The notes under the pieces are model-generated. The model did no database searches. It was not told where the DNA came from and worked only from the letters and a program-made list of their open reading frames with translations. From Bispira polyomma (lineage: Eukaryota), in contig OZ287757.1 of NCBI GenBank assembly GCA_965649765.1, positions 29,016,001 to 29,080,000 of the forward strand: a stretch of DNA of 64,000 nt, given 5' to 3'. The translations under genes were made by a program, and so were the position numbers. The stretch's first letter is position 1; each line of letters starts with the position of its first letter. Of this stretch, positions 27,125 through 36,720 are shown in pieces.

Positions 27125-27336
27125 TTGTAGTCATTCCTCGCAAAGCATGGCTAGTCAGTCGTGAAGTTGTAATACCTTACTGTATTATATACTGTTTACC
27201 CAGATACACCAATCCTAGACCAGAACCTCTCTTACTTCACTACCAATCAAATCCTCTAGCTTTAAGTCAATTTCCCGCCTTTTCTCACATTTGGTCATTA
27301 TTAAGTTGCAAGTTAATGTAGCAACACCTTGAAATT
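27125..27336 (+). repeat. E2 split direct repeat A1 (partner A2 32615-32826)
   Basis: ttgtagtcatt...caccttgaaatt repeated at 32615-32826. Confidence 0.93.
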
Positions 27337-27505
27337 ACATTGGAATCGGCAAATAGAGCCGCCATATTGGAAATAACTGTTTGCATGAAGAGAAACAAGC
27401 TTATTTTATATTTATTAAACATTATTTTACCTTTTCGTTTAGTGATTTTAGTGAGTTTTAACTTTTCTCATCTTATAGTGTGCCTTTTGTGTTGGATATC
27501 TTATT

Positions 27506-28867
27506 ATGGGCCGTGCGAAGAAGAAGTCTGTGGCTTTGTGTTCACGATGTAATTTTTCACATTCTCGACCAGTGGGTACTAGGTGTCGGCTGGCCATTCA
27601 AGACGCCACGTCGGTCGCAGAAGCCAGCACAGGTTTTTCTACTGAAGTCCATGGTGCAGACGTTGAAACCAGCACGCTCAACTCCGTTGCTGACTCGAGT
27701 CACACTTCTGAAGATCACGTGAGTTTTGGTCAGTTCTACAAAGACGTTTTCACAGAGCAGCAGTCTATGATGAAAACACTAGTGTCCACGGTAGCTAAGT
27801 TACAGGAAGACGTATCCGACTTAAAGACGTCTCGTTCATCTTCCCCCCAGGTCTCGTCAACACCTCACACGATTAGGCCTCAGAGGGCGGCTCCACCTAA
27901 GCTTCCAGCACCGTTTACACAAAACATGGGTTCTTCTTTACCATTTACTCAGACCTTCCCTCAGCTTCAGAACCCGCCAGTGAACTACACAGGAGTCAAC
28001 GATCTTCGTTCTCATGTTTCTCATGACACTTACCCGACACGTCACAACAATCACTTCCCAGACACACGACCAGTTCATTTGCCACCTCAACGGGAGGGCT
28101 ACACACAGGACCACGCTCAGAGGTCCTTACAGGATGCAATCCTGCCTACTCCAGATGTATTAAAGCAGTCCGCTATGATACAGAACGAGGTGTCACAACG
28201 ATTAGCCCGTTACGAGGCGTGGGCCGCTGACGAGTCGCTTCAAGGTAAGCTCACTACTAAACGCAAATCTGGTCGCTACAATGTATCTGAAGTGTGTGTC
28301 ACCGATCCAATGAAACGTTGGCCTAATGAAGCATGTTTTTCTGGTGTGAGTAAGAAACGAGTTTCTTATGATGAGCTTACTGTGTCACAATTTGCTGCAG
28401 GTCAGTTGCAGAACATCTTAGAAGTGAGAAACCCTACTATTTCTCGCGCCATGTTAGTCCAGTTAGCAGATACTTTAAAAGATGCCTCTAATATCTCCTG
28501 GCAGATAGCCAGAGGTTCGTATGCATGTAACATGCACAATGTGGAAGAGGGGCGCCTCAGCTGGGTAGACGAAACTAGGTGGACAATGAACCGACTGTCC
28601 TATTCCCAGGCTTTAATTTCGAACGGCGCATCTTCAAATTCAACTTCCTCGAATTCCTCCTCGGCCACCGGAAAGCATGAGATGCCATGCAGGCACTACC
28701 AGAAGAATATGTGTCAGCATCAGAAAGACCATGAGGGCAACAACGCCATTTTTAAACACATCTGTGCCAATTGTTTTCGTTTGCATAAGAAGCACAATGC
28801 ACATCCAGAATCCAAGTGTTTTAAACTTCACGGACGCCCCACAGTGCCCACAAGCGCACCCCAATAG
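27506..28867 (+). CDS. E2 Gag-like ORF1 (453 aa)
   Basis: Intact ORF; N-terminal CxxC..H..C motif, coiled-coil region, C-terminal CRHYQ..C..H..HICANC..H..C zinc cluster. Confidence 0.88.
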   Translation: MGRAKKKSVALCSRCNFSHSRPVGTRCRLAIQDATSVAEASTGFSTEVHGADVETSTLNSVADSSHTSEDHVSFGQFYKDVFTEQQSMMKTLVSTVAKLQEDVSDLKTSRSSSPQVSSTPHTIRPQRAAPPKLPAPFTQNMGSSLPFTQTFPQLQNPPVNYTGVNDLRSHVSHDTYPTRHNNHFPDTRPVHLPPQREGYTQDHAQRSLQDAILPTPDVLKQSAMIQNEVSQRLARYEAWAADESLQGKLTTKRKSGRYNVSEVCVTDPMKRWPNEACFSGVSKKRVSYDELTVSQFAAGQLQNILEVRNPTISRAMLVQLADTLKDASNISWQIARGSYACNMHNVEEGRLSWVDETRWTMNRLSYSQALISNGASSNSTSSNSSSATGKHEMPCRHYQKNMCQHQKDHEGNNAIFKHICANCFRLHKKHNAHPESKCFKLHGRPTVPTSAPQ

Positions 28868-31437
28868 GGGTGCGGACTGTCGACAGTCACCACAGCCAGT
28901 GGTTATATACAGTATGTTAAACCGGATGTCGAGACTGCAGAGCAGGAGCATTATGAGAGCATGAACTTAAGACATGAGTATAATAAGAAAAATTTTGAGT
29001 TACTTAATGAAAGGAACAATTTTGTGTACAGTATGAGCTTTAGGGATGGACAGTTCTTAAATGATTGTTCTCGTGATGTATTCACGACAGATGGACAAGA
29101 TAATGTCTCGTGTAGTAGCAACTCCGCCTTATGTTCTGTTGGTCACAAGTTATGTCCACCAAAAGTTCATGGCAGTAGTAATTTTATTGCAACCTCGTTT
29201 CTGGTTGATTTGTATAGTAGTCACACTTATGATGTTCTTAAAGGCCCAGTGTATTATATTGTTTGTAATGCTGACTCCAGTGTGTCCGGTGCATACACTT
29301 GGTTTTTCTTCCAAGGTCAATGGTTTCTTCAGAAACATGACCTCTCTCTACAAAACATGTGGCCCATCAGTTTGGTTTGCACAGGTTCTGTACCTGTTTT
29401 ACTCAGAAACACTGCTTCATATACCAAAGTTCGACCTTTACCAAGACATAAAAGGGTCACTCATACCCGTACAAACATCACTTCTTCTGATTATTATATT
29501 GCCATCATTGACAACATTTGTAGTCGAACCACTCAAACAACATACGACAAGCATATAAACACACGTGTGGATGACAAGTTTCTTTCACGGAACCATATAC
29601 TAACTGAGGACACACATATAGTAACCAACATTCCACAGGACGTTGTATTACAGAACAGTGACATACAGCACTCTCCCATAATGGGAGAAATTGTGAATGA
29701 GGACATTTTACTCACTGACCAAAGAACTTATGGTTTCATCCCTCACGGGAGAAACCAATTTAACTTCATAGGACCAGACAGACAACAGGTAGACTTGACT
29801 TCTTATGATAAGTTAATTGAAGTAGCTGATATCATAAAGAACACTAAGGTACCAAACTACAGACAAGCGCGTTTTCCCATCAAAAGTGATCTCAATGTTC
29901 TCAATTGGAAGAAATACCTACTCGATTATCCGCATCAAATCGTTTTACAGTATGTAGAATTCGGTTTTCCTATATCTCAGTATGAGAGGGACAGACTGAA
30001 GGTCATAAATGTCAAAAACCATTCTTCCGCTATGGCTTTTCCACAAGCCATTGACAAGTATTTCCTTACAGAAGTAGCTAAGGGCACCATAATCGGTCCT
30101 ATTTCAGGAAAACTTCACCCGGATATACATTGCTCACCTTTATTAACGGTACCTAAAGATATTGATCAGCGTCGTTTAGTTCTAAACCTTTCTTACCCCC
30201 TTGGACAATCTGTAAATGATTGTACAATTAAAAATAAATATGATAACGTCGCTTTTAACTTAAGGTTACCTACCATTGATCAAATCACTACCCGCATTGT
30301 TGAGTTAGGAACTAAGGCCACCTTAGCGAAAGTGGACATCGCTCACGCATTTAGAAATTTAAGAATTGATCCTTTGGATTGTTTAAAGTTAGGTTACCTT
30401 TGGAAAAATAATTACTTCATTGATCTTAGTCTAACTTTTGGACTCACTCATGGCACGGCGGCCTTTATGATTATTTCTGATTGTATTACTTACATTATGA
30501 GACAGAAAGGATATATAGTGTACAACTATATCGACGATTTTATACTTGTTGAGACTGAAGATAAGGCCACCTTAGCTTACACTACCTAGGTCTCCCTATT
30601 AACGTCAAGAAATTAGTTCCCCCCAGTAAGCGTGTAACTTGCATGGGCATCACTATTGATATAGACCTCCAAACACTCAGTATTGAACAAACTAAATTAA
30701 CCTCTATATTTGACACATGTTTGGAATTTAAATACTTGCATAAAGTACGTAAACAGAAGTACCAGTCACTACTGGGAAAGTTGTTGTACATACAGCGCTG
30801 TGTGAAGAATTCTCGGATATTCATGAACAGAATGTTAACGTTATTACGGCAGTCTACTAGTAGTAAAACAGTATTTTTGACAAGTGACTTTCATAAGGAT
30901 TTACAATGGTTTTTAACTTTCCTCAGACAATTCAATGGTACGACTAAGTATACATACCTGGATAGTTCACATGACGTGTCATTACAAGTCTACGCTTGTT
31001 TATCCGGAATCGGTGGCATATCGGGTTTAGAAGTGTTCAAAGCTCCTCTACCATGTTTTCTTAAACAAACACTTTCCATTGTCCATTTCGAAATGGTCAG
31101 TATTCTCATAGCTTTCAAATTATGGGGTCATAAATGGAGTAATAAAAAGATTAAGATACAATCGGATAACATGGCTGTGGTGTCTGTCGTACAGTCATCT
31201 AGAACCAGGGACGACTATTTGGGTTTGTGTTTAAGGAACATCTGGCAGATCTGTGCCTTAAGGAATATTGACTTGACTATAAGACATATACCTGGCAAAG
31301 ACAACATAATAGCAGACGCTCTATCTAGGTGGTTTGAATTAGACCATTTTGACAACACAATAAGACAGGAACTCTTACACAACTTCATCATGCATGACAT
31401 ACCCATTGAATTTTTTACCTTAGATACTTATGTGTAA
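28868..31437 (+). pseudogene. E2 pol (RT + RNase H), broken by one frameshifting deletion at ~30586
   Basis: ORFs 28961-30589 (RRLVLNLS, KVDIAHAFRNL, LTFG, NYIDDF) and 30643-31437 (HFEM, SDN, ADALSR); LGLPINVKK resumes in another frame at 30586; in frame with gag across a single TAG. Confidence 0.9.
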
Positions 31438-31443
31438 TTTCAG

Positions 31444-32423
31444 ATCCCTCTGACCCAGCCTCCTCACTGATCAAAGGAGCTTTGAGACGGCTGAGACAAA
31501 GTCACAGACCTAGGACACAAAGACAATATGACAGCCAGTTTAGACTTTTCTTGAGCTTCACAGTTTACTTTGATTTAAAGGAAACTTTCTGCTTTAACAG
31601 CGTTATAGCTTTTTTGGAATTTATGACACAAACAGGTGTCTCCTACAAAGTATTGAGTAATTACTTATCTTCCATTAGGCACAACACAAAGATTCTCAAC
31701 ATTCAGCAAACTGGTCTTTATGACCCTAGATTGCCATTATACTTGAGGTCATTACAACTCACTTCCAAATACACACCTCGGGTCAAAGGGGTTTTCGATT
31801 TGCACCAATTACAACAGATTTCACAAGCTTGTAACCAGTTTCAATTTCCTGATTTATTCAGAACAGCTTTTTTGTTTGCTTATTTTGGTTTTTTACGCAT
31901 TTCTAACCTAACCACCACATCAGGTCTCCCCTTTGATCCTACCAGACACCTGACAAGGGCTGATGTGTTGTTCGCCCCTCCAGGCATTCACCTCATATTA
32001 AAATGGAGTAAGACTAACCAAACCAGAAAAAACCCAGACATCATACAATTACCAGAACTTTCAAACCCATGGCTCTGTCCTGTAAAGGCAGCCACTTCGC
32101 TTTTTCATAAACACCCTCTCCCTCCTTCTTATCCATTACTGGCAAACCCACTAAATAAAGACCAGTGCCTCTCAGACTCTAGTTTAAGGCACACCCTTAG
32201 CTCTATCTTAACACAGTTAAAAATCCCCAAAGAGGGGCATTCCTTCCATTGCTTCAGGCGCTCAGGTGCCTCCTTGGCATTTAATGCTAATGTTAAACTT
32301 CAGCATATCCAAAAACATGGATGCTGGAAATCAGATGCTGTTTGGTCTTACCTTCAATCTACCCCTCACGCTTCCTCAATTATTCCAACAACGTTCGCAT
32401 CCCTCGTCTCTTCTACTTTCTAA
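31444..32423 (+). CDS. E2 tyrosine recombinase (intact, no ATG at the start; predicted second exon of a Gag-YR fusion)
   Basis: Catalytic R (GFLRISN), K (KWSKTNQ), HxxR (HCFRRSGA), W and Y (HGCWKSDAVWSY); tttcag acceptor at 31438-31443. Confidence 0.92.
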
Positions 32424-32431
32424 TTTGGCTT

Positions 32432-32614
32432 TGGCATTTTAAAATTATTTCATCAAAAATAATTTTTTGTACAGTTGTATATAGAGACGAGTAGTTAGAA
32501 TAAAAATTATCCCAAACAGCATCTGATTTCTCACTCTCAATAACTATGGCCTTTAAAGGTCACACTTACCCCAGGGCAACATTAGTTCAATGTCACTCAC
32601 AACTCAAACGACTG
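32432..32614 (+). repeat. E2 split direct repeat B1 (partner B2 33402-33584)
   Basis: tggcattttaaaatt...caaacgactg repeated at 33402-33584. Confidence 0.93.
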
Positions 32615-35257
32615 TTGTAGTCATTGCTCGCAAAGCATGGCTAGTCAGTTGTGAAGTTGTAATACCTTACTGTATTATATACTGTTTACCCAGATACACC
32701 AATCCTAGACCAGAACCTCTCTTACTTCACTACCAATCAAATCCCCTAGCTTTAAGTCAATTTCCCGCCTTTTCTCACATTTGGTCATTATTAAGTTGCA
32801 AGTTAATGTAGCAACACCTTGAAATTCCCACCCACCACTTTCCCTTTTACTGTCTAAAGTTAAAGTGAATTTTAAATTTTTTCGGACTTAGATGGAGCTC
32901 AATAACCGTGTGGAAAGTCCTATCTCTTACCCCTCCTCTGAGTTCACGTTTAGGGTTCCAGGGTTGAAGAAGAGCTCTGTGAGGTAGGACTTTCTGCAGG
33001 CGAATAGGTGCCCAGCGTTTCGAGCTCCCATTCATTTTTAAATTTAAAACAAAATTCCTTAGCCAGTAATCACTAACTTAATTTTACTCTTCGGGACTCT
33101 GATATTCCGAGTTAATTTGTCGCCTGAATGCGTGGTTGACTTTAGTATACTATGTATGTCGCCTTTATGTGGTTGACTATATCTATTATTATAGTACATT
33201 ATCTTATGTCATTTATCTTAGTATTATTGTTTATGTCCTACGTCTTATGTAGTTGACGATATATTTTATTTGTTGTAGTATTCAACTTTATGTCACCCAA
33301 TTATGTGGTTGGCTTTTATCTTAACACTTTACATACGTTAAGGGTTATTTTTCCCCTTTCGTATTTTAGCCAGTTCTTGGTTCTTGTTCATGTAGCCATA
33401 ATGGCATTTTAAAATTATTTCATCAAAAATAATTTTTTGTACAGTTGTATATAGAGACGAGTAGTTAGAATAAAAATTATCCCAAACAGCATCTGATTTG
33501 TCACTCTCAATTACTATGGCCTTTAAAGGTCACACTTACCCCAGGACAACATTAGTTCAATGTCACTCACAACTCAAACGACTGAACATTGCCTGCTTTC
33601 AACAAACAAAAATCCAGTAAGGATACACCACTCCAAATCCACCACACAGTGCGCAACAGTGGTAAGCCAAATTACATGGGTGAACAAATTCTCCTAAAAT
33701 TGGAATTAAATCCGGATGTCTGGCAACGTCAACTTAGTAACTACTGGGACACCCAGCTTATTTATTTTCTAAAGTATGGTTTCCCCTTAGACTTTGACCG
33801 ACAAAGGGAACTCAGCCATGTTGAAGAAAATCATAAGTCGGCTACAGAATTTCCCAATGATGTTCGAGCATATTTGGCTGAGGAAAAAGAACATGGGGCA
33901 AAAATGGGGCCATTTAGCACCCCTCCCATCTCCTCTTTACATATCTCACCATTCATGACTAGGGAGAAGCCTGGTGCAGCTCGTCGTCGGGTAATAATAG
34001 ATCTGAGTTTTCCAAAAGGTAAATCAGTCAATGCTGCAATTGAAAAGAGCAAATATCTAGGTACTGATTTCCTTCTAACTCTACCAACAGTCGATGACAT
34101 AACAAAGTAGCAAAACTCGGAAAAGGCACCCTCATATACAAGCTAGACATAAGTCGGGCATTCCGACATGTAAAGATTGATCCGGCAGACTATGACCTTC
34201 TCGGACTCAAAATGGACGACTACTATATAGATACGTGCCTGCCGTTTGGCTACAGGCACGGAAGCGCCATTTTTCAACACCTCAGTGATGCCGTGCGTTA
34301 CGTCATGCAAAGACGCGGCTATGACGTCATCAATAATATCGATGACGTCATTGGATACGGGCCCACAATTCATATGACAACCTGTACAAGCTCTTGCAAG
34401 AATTAGGTTTCGAAATCAGCAAGAAAAAGATAGTAACACCTACCACTAGGGTCAATTGCTTAGGCGTGCTAGTAGACACACAGAAATTTGCAATTGAGGT
34501 CCCTCCCCAGAAATTAGCTGACACTATTCAATTGTGTAAAACCTGGCTGAGTAAGACCAAATGCACAAAAAGAGAATTGCAATCACTCTTGGGTTCATTA
34601 CTGTATGTGGCTAAATGAGTCAGAGTAGCCAGGGCATTTTTAAACCGCATGCTTGACATATTACGCAATATAAGTGATGAACGTAATGTTAAACTAGATG
34701 TGCAATTCTTTCAGGACCTCATATGGTTTGACAAATTTCTCAGTAAATTTAATGAGGTTGCATTCTTTGACCATGCCCCAGTCACTGATCATATAGAGCT
34801 AGATGCATGCCTTACAGGCCTGGGCGGTAAATGTAACAGTTTAGTGTACACTAAGTCAGTCTCTCAGGGCTATCTAAATTTTACCATCGTCCACCTTGAG
34901 ATGTTAAACATCCTGGTGGCAGTCAGATTGTGGAAGCACCTCTGGGCAGGCAAAAAACTTATGGTCCACTGGGATAACCAAGCAGTGGTGTCCATCCTCA
35001 CCTCAGGCAGGACTAAAGATCTAACATTAGCAGCCTTTGCGCGCAACATCCTGATGGAAGTGGCGGGCGCCGATATAAATTTAAGAACAGTCCATATACT
35101 AGGGAAAAATAATCAAGCTGATCTGCTTATCTCTTATCAAGATGGCACATGACAGCTCATAACGAGTACAAATTAAGACAAATTATACCTCACCCTGAAT
35201 GGGTGAACGTTCCAGACCAATTACTGGACATTGACTGGAGTATATAATACATTTCAG

Positions 35258-36248
35258 GTCTCCCTTCCCTGGCAGCCCTCCTAGCAGCTCAGGCAGCCAA
35301 AAGAGTCCACCAGGCATTTAGGCCTACAACCCAACAAGCATATAAGGCAATGTTCAGGCTATTCTTGGCTTACTGCTGCTTTATTCAAATAAAAATTCAA
35401 GATACAACTCCTCTGCTGCTCTTGTCATTCCTGGAATTTTTGGCAGTGGGAAAAATGTCTCATTCCTCTATTGTTAATCACATGACAGCCATTAAAGCAA
35501 AATTTTCAATCTATGGGTTAGACACTACCCCTTTGAATGACCCACGTATTACATATTTCAGTAAAGCCCTCACATTACACAAACCATTCAAGGCAAAAAT
35601 CCACAAAATTATTAACATTGATCTCTTAACTCTCATTAGTAAGGTATGTGACTCAATGTATATGGGGCAAGTTTTCAAAGGATCTTATCTCCTGGCATTT
35701 TTGCCTTCCTTAGGATTTCTTATCTTGTACCTCACTCCTCCTCCTCTACTTACTCTCCCTTTCATCAGCTGGCCAGGGCGGATGTGCTTTTTGCTCCTCC
35801 TGGTCTCCACATTATCATCAAATGGACCAAAACACTTCAGGCCAAGAACACATTTAAGGTCCTTAAAGTTCCTGCCCTTCTTAACTCACCTATCTGTCCA
35901 GTGACAGCTATTAGAAACATCCTGGCCATCACCCCTGGCTCAAAAAATGATCCCTTATTTTAGTACAAGCAAAATGCCTCTTGGGGTCCCCTCACAGACT
36001 CAAGACTGCGTAGGAACCTCCATACAATACTCATCAGATTGGGTTTGAATGAATCCCCCATCACATTCCATGACTTTCGCCGCTCTGGCGCGACCATGGC
36101 TTTTAACAACAATGTCCCCTTGCAGCACATCCAGAGTCATGGAACCTGGACATCTGACTGCGTTTGGCGGTACGTGACCTCTGACCACAAGGCATCCGGT
36201 AAAGTGGCCCTCTCCTTTCAAACCCTTCTCACAACTCCTACTTCCTAA
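35258..36248 (+). pseudogene. E1 tyrosine recombinase (frameshifted)
   Basis: AFRPTTQQAY N-terminus, KWTKT, CPV, FHDFRRSGATMAFN..HGTWTSDCVWRY; frameshift at ~35710 and an internal stop. Confidence 0.88.
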
Positions 36249-36255
36249 TTGGGCT

Positions 36256-36720
36256 TTGGTGCTCTATTTTGTAATACCTAATTTATATGTAAATAGTCAT
36301 AATATAAACATTCTCATATTGTATTTAGTTTAAGGTCACCCTAAGCTCCTTAAATCACCTAACCTTAAACCCAAGGTTAAGGTGACCTCAACTCAAATTC
36401 CTCCCCTAACCTTAAACTCAGGTTAAGGCTACCTTAAACTGGTAATGCTAACATTAAACTCTACCTAGCCTTAAACTAGGTTAGGGCAACCTTACCTTTT
36501 CCCTGCCTTAAAGCCACAGTAAGGCTACCTTAAACTATGGCCCACTTAGGGCTTACTTAAACTTAACTAAGCTTGGCCTTAGGGTGGCCTTTAATTAAAC
36601 TTAGTAAATGCTTAACTCTAAAGTGTGTAAATAATTTAGTTGTTTAACATAGAAATAAAATTAATATTCCCACTCACCTCTTATCAATTCCAAGGTCACT
36701 TCACAGCAAGGGGGGCACTG
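36256..36720 (+). repeat. E1 split direct repeat B1 (partner B2 37414-37870)
   Basis: ttggtgctctattttg...cagcaagg(g/c)ggcactg repeated; ~460 bp. Confidence 0.92.

Larger units (their letters stand above)
27125..33584 (+). mobile_element. Near-intact Ngaro-like YR retrotransposon E2 (inner) with A1 27125-27336, B1 32432-32614, A2 32615-32826, B2 33402-33584
   Basis: A repeats 212 bp and B repeats 183 bp, each pair with 3 substitutions by eye; gag, RT/RH and YR ORFs; no TSD; no methyltransferase ORF between RH and YR. Confidence 0.95.
26389..35247 (+). pseudogene. E1 pol (RT-RNase H), split by E2 into 26389-27124 and 33585-35247
   Basis: GFIPLGD|LTLP rejoins in frame across E2; KYGFPLDF, RRVIIDLSFP, LPFG, NNIDD (YxDD site), ELDACL, HLEMLN, DNQAVV; several stops and frameshifts. 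Confidence 0.85.

Noticed and set aside
31482-32423. Phage integrase or bacterial contamination
   Set aside because: Embedded in a gag-RT-RNase H retroelement within an intron-containing eukaryotic gene array
32590-32811. ORF repeated at 26986-27321 and 32590-32811 (likewise 24483-24671 and 36640-36849)
   Set aside because: Chance frames within the non-coding A repeats
27125-32826. Conventional LTR retrotransposon with A1/A2 as LTRs
   Set aside because: No DDE integrase, protease, PBS or TSD; a second repeat pair B1/B2 and a YR gene indicate a split-direct-repeat YR element
32890-33035. Hammerhead or HDV ribozyme in the spacer
   Set aside because: No correctly placed CUGANGA/GAAA core or HDV nested pseudoknot found by eye; kept only as an unclassified structure
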